From NCBI GenBank assembly GCA_016699935.1, contig CP064992.1:720001-752000 (forward strand): a DNA stretch of 32,000 nucleotides, in the 5' to 3' direction. The position numbers were made by a program, and so were the translations under genes. Below the pieces are notes generated by a model. It saw nothing but the letters and a program-made list of their open reading frames with translations. It did no database searches and had not been told where the DNA came from. The DNA comes from Candidatus Saccharimonadota bacterium. Its GTDB lineage: Bacteria; Patescibacteriota; Saccharimonadia; Saccharimonadales; UBA4665. Below are positions 1 through 8,567 of the stretch, one piece after another; position 1 is the first letter of the stretch; each line of letters begins with the position of its first letter.

Positions 1-1097
1 GGTGGGTGGCTTGGTGCCGCAAGTCAGGGTAGGGATAGCAATTCACGGGTTATTGCCGAGCAAAAAACAGCTGTTGCAAGTACGGCTAACCTGGTTAGTT
101 CTATTGCTGGAACTGTTGGTGAAAGCGTTGTGTCGGTCAATGTAACTTCACAATCTGGCGGCTCAACCTACGGCGGCTTTTTTGGATTCGGCTACGGTCC
201 GTATACACAAGAAAGTGCCGGCACAGGGGTGATACTGAGCTCGGATGGGCTCATACTGACAAATCGACATGTGGTGCCTACCGGTACAACTGAGGTCAGC
301 GTCACGCTCAGTGACGGAACGGTGCTCGAAAAGGTAAAGTGATTGCCCGCACGAATGCGCGTGACAGCCTTGATATTGCATTCCTGAAAGTTGAGGATAA
401 TGAAGGCAAGAAGCTTGTTGCTGCCAAACTGGGCGACTCGAGCAAGATGAAAGTGGGTGACGCGGTTGTTGCCATCGGTAATACGCTCGGCCAGTTCCAA
501 AACACCGTGACAAGTGGCATAATTTCTGGCTATGGTAGAAGTCTTATAGCTGGAGACGGATCTGGGGATCAAGCTGAAAACCTTGATGATATGTTTCAGA
601 CAGATGCAGCAATAAACCAAGGCAATTCAGGCGGACCGCTCGTTAATATGAATGGCGAAGTTATCGGCATCAACACTGCTATCGCAAGCGATGCGCAAAC
701 AGTTGGCTTTGCCATACCTATCAACAATGTGAAAGGCCTTATCGATAATGTGAAAAAAAGCGGCAAGCTCGAGAGGCCATATCTTGGCGTTGTCTATGTG
801 ATGGTCACCGATGATATCGCGAAAGAGTATAACCTTGGTGCTACCAGGGGAGCATACATTCCCAAAGCAGAAGATATGGGCAGCGATACTATCCTGAAAG
901 ATGGCCCTGCAGCGGCCGCCGACATACAAGAGGGTGATGTAATAACTAAGATAGATGGTGTAGAAATTAACGAAAAATCGAGCTTACTTTCGGTCCTAAG
1001 CAAACATAAATCGGGTGATAGTGTTGAGCTGACCATACTACGCGGAAACGATACAAAAATAATTAGCGTAAAACTTGGCACCGCGCCAGCAAGCTAA
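1..1097 (+). CDS. htrA: HtrA/DegP-family serine protease with C-terminal PDZ domain; 5' end lies outside the window; one frame break near 334-341 as assembled
   Basis: Frame 1 is open from nt 1. Catalytic-triad contexts are LILTNRHVV (His), SLDIAFLKV (Asp) and NQGNSGGPLVN (Ser), followed by a PDZ-like tail. ORFs 130..342 and 339..1097 join as ...DGTVLEKVK|VIARTNARD if the A-run at 336-338 is one base longer. Confidence 0.9.
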
Positions 1098-1117
1098 CCA
1101 ACTGTTTAAGAGCTAAT

Positions 1118-1270
1118 CCACATCTATCTTTTGCCTATAAAATCAAGGTCACTCACTAGTTATCTGTCCTTTCGTTTAGGGTTCGTAGCTATGGCCACGA
1201 CCACAGACCGAAGCAACAGATAACAAATCATGAGTGTTGCTTGATTTTCGGCTGTAACAGATAGATGTGG
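1118..1270. repeat. 153-nt imperfect palindrome (rod-like hairpin) in the htrA/prmC convergent spacer
   Basis: Nested perfect helices at 1118-1129/1259-1270 (12 bp), 1139-1147/1240-1248 (9 bp), 1150-1155/1231-1236 (6 bp) and 1159-1167/1216-1224 (9 bp). There is no flanking T-tract. Confidence 0.6.
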
Positions 1271-1277
1271 AATTGCT

Positions 1278-2111
1278 CTAGGTCGAGTAAAGCTGTGCGA
1301 GTCCGTCAGTGGTGGTTAGCGAATAGCCGGTACCTTGGGCAATTGTAGCAAGGCTGGAATGCTGTTCGAGTAAAGACTCGGTAATTATGCATTTCACTTG
1401 GTGCTCTTTTGCCTGCACAAAGAGTGCACGGTAGTAGTCCAGTCCATCGGCTCCACCGTACAGTGCGCTGCGAGGTTCATGCGCCGCGGCTCTGTTGATT
1501 GGGTATGCATCTGGTACGTAGGGAAGGTTGGCAAGAATGATAGAATTTTGCATTATGAACTTTGAATTTGGGATATGAGCAAGTAAATCTGCACGGAGGA
1601 AGGTGATATTTGCGGATAGTTTTAGGGCGTTTTGTTTAGCCACCTCTAAGCAGGCTGGGTCGATGTCGGTTGCAAGTACGGTGCTGTTCGGTAGCTCAAG
1701 CTTTGAGGTAATTGCAAGCGCACCCGAGCCCGTCCCAATATCGATAATCGTGATTTCGGAGTGGTGCTTTGTGGATGCTACGAGAAGCGTAATCATGCTT
1801 TCAGACTCGGGGCGGGGTACTAGCACATGTTCATTGACCACAAATTCTCGGCCATAAAACTCAACCTTACCGCGGATGTACGCTAGCGGGATATGCTGTA
1901 TTCTTTGAGCAATCTTTTTATGCAAACTTTTCAATTCCGACCTCTGTAATTCGTACTCAGGGTGCGCCAAAACCCAGGCTTTATCCCGTCCCAGCATATC
2001 GCCCAGTAGCACCAACGCATCTAACCTAGCGGTTGTAATATCAGCCTGTCGGAATATATATTCCGTTGCAACAATCCACTCACTTGTCGTCATTGATGAG
2101 GGAGCGTTCAT
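1278..2111 (-). CDS. prmC: Release-factor glutamine N5-methyltransferase (PrmC/HemK)
   Basis: Intact 277-aa ORF with SAM-binding motif DIGTGSGA and an NPPY-type motif NLPYV. Its start overlaps the 3' end of prfA by 32 nt, the classic prfA-prmC pairing. Confidence 0.9.
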   Translation of the reverse strand: MNAPSSMTTSEWIVATEYIFRQADITTARLDALVLLGDMLGRDKAWVLAHPEYELQRSELKSLHKKIAQRIQHIPLAYIRGKVEFYGREFVVNEHVLVPRPESESMITLLVASTKHHSEITIIDIGTGSGALAITSKLELPNSTVLATDIDPACLEVAKQNALKLSANITFLRADLLAHIPNSKFIMQNSIILANLPYVPDAYPINRAAAHEPRSALYGGADGLDYYRALFVQAKEHQVKCIITESLLEQHSSLATIAQGTGYSLTTTDGLAQLYST

Positions 2112-3132
2112 AGTCTGCTAGTTTTTCTATAAGATCGTCTATTTGACCGCTCAGAGCACCGGGGATGTTGCTACGGCTGTAGCCGATCCGGTGGTCAGTT
2201 ATGCGGTCTTGCGGGAAATTGTAGGTGCGAATTTTTTCAGAGCGGTCGCCGCTGCCGATGAGCTTTTTCCGAGCATCACTGAGTTGCTTGGTTTCTTCAT
2301 CAATCTTCAGCTGGAGCAGGCGTGATCGCAAGACTCCGAGCGCCTTCGCTTTATTTTTTATCTGTGATTTTTCGTCCTGATTTGCAACGACGAGTCCGGT
2401 TGGAAGGTGAGTGATACGTACGGCTGAGTCGGTGGTGTTTACGCTCTGGCCACCGTGGCCGCCAGCGCGAAAAACGTCTATGCGTAGATCGGCTGGGTTT
2501 ATTTCTATGTCTGTCTCCTCGGCTTCTGGTAGTACTGCAACTGTGACGGTAGAGGTATGTATGCGCCCCTGACTTTCGGTAGTAGGTACGCGCTGGACGC
2601 GGTGGACACCGGCTTCAAACTTAAGGTGCTTGTACAGGTCGGTTCCGCGCATGGCAAAAATAATCTCCTTAAACCCACCGACTTCACTTGGACTCTCACT
2701 GACCAACTCTGATTTGAAGCCCTTTATTTCACCCCATCTGATGTACATGCGATACAGTTCTGCAGCAAACAATGAGGCTTCGTCGCCACCAGCTCCGGCC
2801 CGTATTTCGACTATTACATCTTTTTCGTCATTCGGATCTTTCGGAGTCAACGCTTCGGCTAGTTTGTAGTTTGTAGTTTGTAGTTTGTAGTTTAAGGAAT
2901 CAAGCTCAGACTTGGCGTCATCAGCGAGCTCGGGTTCTTGTAGCAATTCCTCGGTATTGCCGATCTGCTCTTGGAGGTCTGAAACGTTTTCAAATAAGGC
3001 AATTATTTCCTCTAGCTTTGCTTGGCGTTTGGCAAGCTTAGGATACGATGGATCGTTAAAAATCGCGGGGTCTGAAAGCTTTTGCTGGATATCCCCCAGT
3101 TCAATACGTAGGTTTTGTTCTTTTTGGTCCAT
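2080..3132 (-). CDS. prfA: Peptide chain release factor 1
   Basis: Intact 350-aa ORF with the RF1 P-x-T tripeptide context [14 protein letters not shown] and the GGQ motif [19 protein letters not shown]. Confidence 0.95.
   Translation of the reverse strand: MDQKEQNLRIELGDIQQKLSDPAIFNDPSYPKLAKRQAKLEEIIALFENVSDLQEQIGNTEELLQEPELADDAKSELDSLNYKLQTTNYKLAEALTPKDPNDEKDVIVEIRAGAGGDEASLFAAELYRMYIRWGEIKGFKSELVSESPSEVGGFKEIIFAMRGTDLYKHLKFEAGVHRVQRVPTTESQGRIHTSTVTVAVLPEAEETDIEINPADLRIDVFRAGGHGGQSVNTTDSAVRITHLPTGLVVANQDEKSQIKNKAKALGVLRSRLLQLKIDEETKQLSDARKKLIGSGDRSEKIRTYNFPQDRITDHRIGYSRSNIPGALSGQIDDLIEKLADYERSLINDDK
2861..2893 (-). repeat. Tandem heptamer array (AGTTTGT)x4.7 on the + strand, equal to (ACAAACT)n in the prfA sense strand, lying in frame inside prfA
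   Basis: Direct reading gives agtttgt agtttgt agtttgt agtttgt agttt. It is translated as [14 protein letters not shown]. Confidence 0.9.
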
Positions 3133-3140
3133 AACAGTAG

Positions 3141-3146
3141 TGTATA
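3141..3146 (-). promoter_or_regulatory. Putative -10 box (TATACA) 8 nt upstream of the prfA ATG; predicted leaderless or near-leaderless start
   Basis: The minus strand reads cc TATACA ctactgtt ATG. No Shine-Dalgarno sequence lies between them. Confidence 0.4.
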
Positions 3147-3150
3147 GGTT

Positions 3151-3525
3151 TTAGTGATTAGTTTGTAGTGGCTTACCTAGTGTGTAAATGATTTTGGTGA
3201 GCATTTTTTCAATTTCGGTAATTAAAACAAGTGCATTATTGCAATCTATATCCGGGTAACGCCTAGTAACGATAAGTTATTGTGCTTCTGCCTCAGCGGC
3301 GGAACCGAGTGCTATACGTGTAAAATTACGAAAATCAGATCGAGTTCCACGCTTACTGCCCTCGGCAATGTTTGAAGGAATAGAAATAGCAGAACGTCTT
3401 AGTTGATCGCTTAATACAAAACGCTCATCGACTGGTAATGCATGAACAATATCGTATGCGCAGTCGACAAAATCAATAGCCTTTTGCCAAACCACTAAGT
3501 CTCGAAACGACTGGATGTCGCTCAT
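3151..3525 (-). pseudogene. Four-helix-bundle protein (23S rRNA intervening-sequence protein / Avd-like family) with an in-frame TAA at codon 83
   Basis: Translation is MSDIQSFRDLVVWQKAIDF...QLRRSAISIPSNIAEGSKRGTRSDFRNFTRIALGSAAEAEAQ*LIVTRRYPDIDCNNALVLITEIEKMLTKIIYTL...* This shows the family hallmarks VWQK, SIPSNIAEG and GSxxExExQ. The TAA at 3277-3279 sits where the family usually has Leu (TTA), and the frame continues to a stop at 3151-3153. Confidence 0.8.
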
Positions 3526-3581
3526 CGTACTCTCTTTCTCGCGCACCCTAAAAACTATCAACTACAAACTTAAAGAAAAGG

Positions 3582-3913
3582 CTACTCGGTAGCTTTTTCT
3601 TTTTCAGCTTTTTTCTCGGCTCGGGCACTGGTTTTTTTGGCAGCGGCCATGCGAGCTTCTTTGGCTTTGGCAGCGGCTTCGGCACGAGCTTTAAACTTAT
3701 CGACGCGGCCTTCTATATCGAGGACGCGCTCTTCACCGGTGAAGAATGGGTGGCTACTACCGGTAATGTGCACCTTCACTAGCGGATATTCCACCCCTTC
3801 AAAGAGATAGTTTCGTCTGTCGCGACTGTGCTGCGCGTCAGATATGTATGGTTGTTGTTCAGGTCTTGAAATACGACCAACCGATAGTTTTTCGGATGTA
3901 GATCCTTTTTCAT
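3582..3913 (-). CDS. rpmE2: 50S ribosomal protein L31, type B (no Cys zinc knuckle), with a Lys/Ala-rich C-terminal tail; one frame break at A-run 3801-3803
   Basis: Reconstructed as [37 protein letters not shown]|[37 protein letters not shown]. There are no cysteines. The track ORF 3582..3794 is only the C-terminal part. Confidence 0.8.
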
Positions 3914-4016
3914 TAGATTTGATTCCTTATGCTCAGAAAATATTGTGTAGTATGCGTGGCATCCGGTTAGCAGGCGAGCGTCCCTGCAGTCGGCCTATCC
4001 CAAGCAATTACCCAGC

Positions 4017-4046
4017 ATTATACCACCTCTGTTACGAAAAACGCAA
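4017..4046 (-). promoter_or_regulatory. Putative rpmE2 promoter: extended -10 TGGTATAAT (4017-4025) with a weak -35 TTGCGT (4041-4046), giving a leader of about 95 nt
   Basis: The reverse complement of 4017-4025 reads TGGTATAAT. The distance to the ATG at 3913 is about 100 nt. Confidence 0.5.
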
Positions 4047-4109
4047 CAGCTTGCTTTTTCTCTTTTAGGAGTATGCTTATGCTATAACCTAAAAACAAAA
4101 ACAATTATT

Positions 4110-5981
4110 ATGCCCGAACAAGCAACTCATTCTCCAGGCACTTTGCAACAACCACCATCAGGTGTATCTGCATTAGGTGTGGACGAATTTGCTCCGGTTG
4201 ATCCTACCTTGGTCGCTGAATTTGCGGCCGGGAATGAGTTTGTGCGGGCAGAGCAGGCGCCTACACACCATCCTGCCGAAGTAGCTGCTTGGCGAGATAT
4301 GCATATAACACCAGGGGATCGCCTGGCTGACCTGGAAGAGTTAGAGGCCGTGAAGCCGGGGAGTACAGTAAAACTACCGCCAGACGTTGCATCTATGGCG
4401 GCCGGGATCATACATGATGCAAGAGGGCTTATTCAGATTGCGGAGGTAGTGCAACCAACTGGCGTCTCTGGGCACGATCCAGTCGCACCAAATAAAGGAC
4501 CAAAGGGTGGAAATAAAATACGCACCAACTTCACTCGCGAACCACTAGCATTAGCAGGTGAATTTAGTACTTTTCAGCCAAAAAATGGTTTTGAAAAAAC
4601 ACTAGCTACAACTGTCGAAAGAAATCGGCCACAAATAGAAAGAGCGATAGAGCTTCTACCATATGAACCGACTCGAGAGGTCATTGAATCAGTAGCTGGC
4701 TACTATAATGATCATGACATACTTCTGCGTACAGTTACTGGATACTCCGCCGGTTATTCGACGAGTCCAGTGGACGGGGAGAAGATTATCAGTCATCCAA
4801 TTCTTGCAAAAGCAATGACCGATTTTTGTTCATTTGGTCAACAAGGTAGAACGGCAGAAGCAGATGAATTTGCTAAGGATATTCTAGACTCTCTGTATGA
4901 TGAATGCGCAATTGGCGCCCAGACATTACCTGATGAATTGATCCGGTTAAAGGCTGGTATAATCGAAAAAACATACCAGTCTTTAGGTTTCACCGTAGAG
5001 CCAGGCTCCGTCGAGAGAAGAATTATAGACACAAGAACAGAAGCGTTGGGCGAAGTCAGACATGCCGGGCAGCCACTGTTCCACAACACGCCGCACATTC
5101 GAGAAATAGTCCAAGGTGGGTTTGGGATAATGGGAAGGACTGCTCAAACCGAAAATGTTGGACATACATATGCTAACACGGGTGGTTATGAGAGGACGGG
5201 ACCAGCACATGCTAATGTGCCGCACTTTTCTGAGATGTACGACCCCACGTCCTATAGGCGCCCAATGGGCCCTAGGTCTAAGAATGAAAGGAAAGATGAC
5301 TTTGTTGGCGGCTGCGTTGTAATACCACTCGCGGATGTTATTAGCGAGGCACCGTTCGGACGCAATATTCGTTATGGCGTGCTAAGTGTAAAGCCGGGTG
5401 AAGTTATTGATGCAGCCAATAAAACAGATTCCATTGTGTATGATGGCGGAAATAATATGGGCGCAACAGATAGACCCTGCGCACATTTATCATTTGATCG
5501 AGTATTCTTCGCCGGCGACGGAAATAATGGAGAAGGAGCTGTCCCGGCACACAACTACACACTCGGTGCTGCAATAGTTCATCCTTCAAGACGCGGAACA
5601 ACAGGTGATACAGCGGGTATCATCATTACTGCAGATTATGATGTTTCCCCAGCTTATTCGAGAGGCCCTGATGGGGAATTGGTGGAAGATCGGAGTGGCC
5701 CAAATTTTGGTAGTGGCTATGGATTTCCAAGATTTGTTCGTATAGAAACTCCTGATGTAAAAACCGCTGACTTTCGTGCAAGTAGCGTGAGGGCTGCCCC
5801 AAAAAAGCTCGCTGAACTTTCAAGGCCAACCATCGAACAAGTTGCAAAAGAATCCATCGAAAACCCACTATATGATGGAAAATATGTTGTTCCACTCAGA
5901 GGTGCAATTATCTCATTTACCCATGAAGGCACCTTACACGGGAAGAATGACGCTACTCCATTGCAAAGACGCTATCTTTAA
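4110..5981 (+). CDS. Hypothetical protein, 623 aa, with no domain I can assign
   Basis: Single uninterrupted 1872-nt ORF. The leader is A-rich with no SD. I see no signal peptide or TM segment. The N-terminal ~130 aa are Pro/Ala/Glu-rich and the C-terminal half is Gly/Asp/Asn-rich. Confidence 0.7.
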   Translation: MPEQATHSPGTLQQPPSGVSALGVDEFAPVDPTLVAEFAAGNEFVRAEQAPTHHPAEVAAWRDMHITPGDRLADLEELEAVKPGSTVKLPPDVASMAAGIIHDARGLIQIAEVVQPTGVSGHDPVAPNKGPKGGNKIRTNFTREPLALAGEFSTFQPKNGFEKTLATTVERNRPQIERAIELLPYEPTREVIESVAGYYNDHDILLRTVTGYSAGYSTSPVDGEKIISHPILAKAMTDFCSFGQQGRTAEADEFAKDILDSLYDECAIGAQTLPDELIRLKAGIIEKTYQSLGFTVEPGSVERRIIDTRTEALGEVRHAGQPLFHNTPHIREIVQGGFGIMGRTAQTENVGHTYANTGGYERTGPAHANVPHFSEMYDPTSYRRPMGPRSKNERKDDFVGGCVVIPLADVISEAPFGRNIRYGVLSVKPGEVIDAANKTDSIVYDGGNNMGATDRPCAHLSFDRVFFAGDGNNGEGAVPAHNYTLGAAIVHPSRRGTTGDTAGIIITADYDVSPAYSRGPDGELVEDRSGPNFGSGYGFPRFVRIETPDVKTADFRASSVRAAPKKLAELSRPTIEQVAKESIENPLYDGKYVVPLRGAIISFTHEGTLHGKNDATPLQRRYL

Positions 5982-6381
5982 AATGGGGTGGAATGCCAAT
6001 GACGCATCTCACATACGTTACGCAGGTATGCTTCCTTAAAGACATATGAAAGCCTTGGCAACCTTGTGTATTAATAGCATTACAAATATGAATGAAGCAC
6101 GGCTTGGCTCACGCTGAGTTTTCACTTGGCTGCAGGATTTATATATTAAGACAACAGGCGCGTTCTGATGGTCTCGCGATACACATGCGGTAGAAAGTAA
6201 TATTCATCAAACCGTGGCTAATAACAGCAAAAACAACATTACAAAAATTCAAAGTTGCTTGAGTAATCTACTAACCTGTTAGGATGTAAGGGCAATTAAC
6301 TAAGCAGGTGCGGGTGTTGATCCTCCTAAGTGTTTCTATGTAAGGACATTTTGGGCCTCTCGACCGGTGTAAAAGGATTGG

Positions 6382-6454
6382 GGTTAGTAGATAGAAGGTG
6401 ATAGGTAGTAGATAGGGTTATCCCAACTACCAACTACCAACTACCAACTACTCC
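6382..6454. repeat. Back-to-back inverted heptamer arrays: degenerate (TAGWAGR)x5 at 6382-6417, then (CCAACTA)x4 at 6423-6450
   Basis: Direct reading gives ggttagtagatagaaggtgataggtagtagataggg tta tc ccaacta ccaacta ccaacta ccaacta ctcc. The arms are about 70-85 percent complementary. Confidence 0.8.
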
Positions 6455-6478
6455 TTTCGTAAAGAAAGGATTTGCCAG

Positions 6479-7203
6479 ATGGCAACAGACGTAGATATCA
6501 AAAAATTACTAGAGGCAGGGGCGCATTTTGGTCACAAAACCGAACGGTGGCACCCAAAAATGGCACAGTACATCCACAGCAAGCGCGGTGGCAGCCACAT
6601 CATTGACCTCACGAAGACTGTTGTGAAGCTCGAAGAAGCACTTAGCGTTGTGCAAGAGATGGCTAGCAAGAACAAACAAGTACTGTTTGTCGGCACCAAG
6701 AAACAAGCGCAAGACATCGTTAAAAACCTCGCTGAGGCAACAGGGCAGCCATTTGTGACGGAACGTTGGCTCGGCGGTATGCTTACTAACTGGAATACAA
6801 TTGGGGCTCAAATAAAGCATCTCGTTGACTTAGAAACCAAAATGGCGAGTGGTGAGCTAGCAAACAAGTTTAATAAACTAGAAGTACAGCGTTTCCAAGA
6901 AGAAATCGACAGCATGAACGTGCTGTATGGTGGCATAAAGGAATTAAATGCTCGGCCAGGTGTGGTTGTCGTTTTCGATGTTGTTCACGACCAAAATGCA
7001 GTAAAAGAAGCACTGAAGCTCAAACTACCAATTGTGGGTGTGTGTGACACAAATAGTAACCCGACAAATATTACGTACCCAATCCCATGCAACGACGACG
7101 CCATAAAGGCACTGCAGTTGCTGGCTGACTACTTCAGACGGCCGTAGAAGCTGGCAAGGCCAAAAGCAAAGTCGAGAAACCAGTCGATAAAGAAGACAAG
7201 TAA
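6479..7203 (+). CDS. rpsB: 30S ribosomal protein S2; probable frame break near 7125-7140 (the called ORF stops at 7147)
   Basis: Diagnostic N-terminus LLEAGAHFGHKTERWHPKM, with an AAAGGA SD 8 nt upstream. The -1 frame continues as ...AVEAGKAKSKVEKPVDKEDK* to the TAA at 7201-7203, resembling the usual S2 ADAVxEGK tail. Confidence 0.9.
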
Positions 7204-7262
7204 TTTAACAGATAAACAGGTAGCAGATAACAGAAATTGAGCAGGTGGCAGGTAGCAGACAT
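7204..7262. repeat. Degenerate CAG-containing tract with a ~7-nt period in the rpsB-tsf spacer
   Basis: CAG recurs at 7209, 7217, 7224, 7231, 7242, 7249 and 7256. The clearest units are gcaggtg gcaggta gcagaca. Confidence 0.4.
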
Positions 7263-7328
7263 TTGCGACCTGAAACATGCAAAATTTCTGCCAAATGTCG
7301 TCTGCTTCTGGTAAATGGAGAAACGAAT

Positions 7329-7922
7329 ATGGCAATTACAATTGAAGATATAAAGACTGCGTGAGCTTACCGGTGTCGGTATGACCGATGCCAAAAAGCG
7401 CTTGAAGCGAGCGACGGCGATTTTGACGCTGCGCTCAAAGAGATGCGCAAAAAGGCCTCACCAAGGCCGAAAAACGCGGTGAACGTGAGGCTCGTCAGGG
7501 AATTGTAGGTACCTACAACCACGACGGTCGCATAGGAGTCATCGTCGAAGTCAATTGCGAAACCGACTTTGTCGCACGGAACGAAATTTTCAGGGTCTCG
7601 TCAAAGACATTGCTATGCACATTGCGGCAAGTAATCCGGCGTATGTCGGTAGTGAAGAACATTTCGGCCGAAGCTCGCGACGCTAAAAAGCAAGAACTGC
7701 TTGCAAGTGACGCTCTGAAGGGCAAGCCAGCAGACATGGCCGAGAAAATCGTTGAAGGCCAGCTGGGCAAATATTTTGCCGAAGCTTTGTTTGCTAGACC
7801 AGCCATTCATTAAAAATCACTATGACCAAACCGTAGCTGATTACGTGAATGATCACAATGCTCGCCTCGGCGAAAACATCGTCGTCCGCCGCTTTAACCG
7901 CATCGCCCTCGGCGAGAAATAA
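7329..7922 (+). pseudogene. tsf: Elongation factor Ts (short form, about 198 aa), broken by about 6 frameshifts as assembled
   Basis: Reconstructed as [107 protein letters not shown]...ISAEARDAKKQELLASDALKGKPADMAEKIVEGQLGKYFAE.CLLDQPFIKN...GENIVVRRFNRIALGEK*. GGAGAA SD. It lies directly downstream of rpsB. Confidence 0.85.
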
Positions 7923-7937
7923 AACAGGACGTAGTTA

Positions 7938-7966
7938 TTGACTTTAATACACCTTTATGGTAGTAT
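7938..7966 (+). promoter_or_regulatory. Near-consensus sigma70-type promoter: TTGACT, 17-nt spacer, TAGTAT, with a TGn extension
   Basis: -35 ttgact at 7938-7943, a 17-nt spacer, then tgg-tagtat at 7958-7966. It sits about 40 nt upstream of the ATG at 8008. Confidence 0.6.
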
Positions 7967-8007
7967 GCTGGTATTAAGAATACATAAAAATAGATTGTTG
8001 ATTACCT

Positions 8008-8567
8008 ATGACAGCAACAGCCACTCCAGAAATATCTCAGCCCGTACGGCCTGATGTTAGTTTTGATTCCGGCGCCGGACGCGATGGGGTGTCTCTTGAA
8101 ATTCCTGAAGAAATCCGTCACCTTGATTTTCCTACACCAGTAAACCCTCAGGGTGAGACTCATGGTTCAAGAGGAGCACAGCTGCGTGCAAGTCTTACGG
8201 AAGCAGTCTCAAGTATCCGGGGCTGCCGAAAATGTCGGGTACTAAAGTGGCTGATGTATGGAAGCGCGTCCCTGAACCGCTTCAGGGTATTAGAGAGGCT
8301 GGACGCGGGGCGTTATATGGTGCAATCGGCAGGAATCCCGCAGAGCGCAGTCAAAGAATAGCTGCCTTAACGACCAATCCTAAAGCTGCTCTTTTGACTG
8401 CCGCCAAAGATGCCCTACAGGAAGGTATTCTCGGTGCGAGAACGGCTTCCGTCGAACAGAGTGTAAACCCAAAGCATTTTGATTTGGGTGTTCGCTTGAG
8501 TGCTATGGCTACTAGGGCTATTTTACGCAGACCAAAATCCCCTAAACCTAATTGGTCAAGAGCCTAG
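8008..8567 (+). CDS. Hypothetical protein (about 186 aa) with one frame break near 8215-8232
   Basis: ORFs 8008..8361 and 8232..8567 overlap and are joinable as ...SLTEAVSSI|PGLPKMSGTKVADVWKR... I recognise no motif. Confidence 0.45.

Noticed and set aside
163-929. Several minus-strand ORFs of 70-142 aa (163..513, 192..620, 308..520, 627..929) overlapping htrA
   Set aside because: They are antisense shadow ORFs inside a gene with clear HtrA motifs. They have low-complexity, Cys/Arg-rich translations and no start-site signals.
1118-1270. The long hairpin considered as SRP (4.5S) RNA, 6S RNA or a tRNA
   Set aside because: There is no GGAA/GNRA apical loop or AGCA-type SRP domain IV motifs on either strand. 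There is no tRNA cloverleaf or T-loop consensus (only a loose GGTTCGTAG). It is left as an unassigned structure.
3844-4068. 74-aa plus-strand ORF in the rpmE2 upstream region
   Set aside because: It overlaps the reconstructed N-terminus of L31 (3795-3913, minus strand) and its promoter and leader. It has no SD and no recognisable protein features.
4067-4087. AGGAG followed by the tiny ORF ATG CTT ATG CTA TAA just upstream of the 623-aa ORF
   Set aside because: It is too short (2-4 codons) and the SD spacing is poor for the first ATG. It cannot be distinguished from chance without comparative data.
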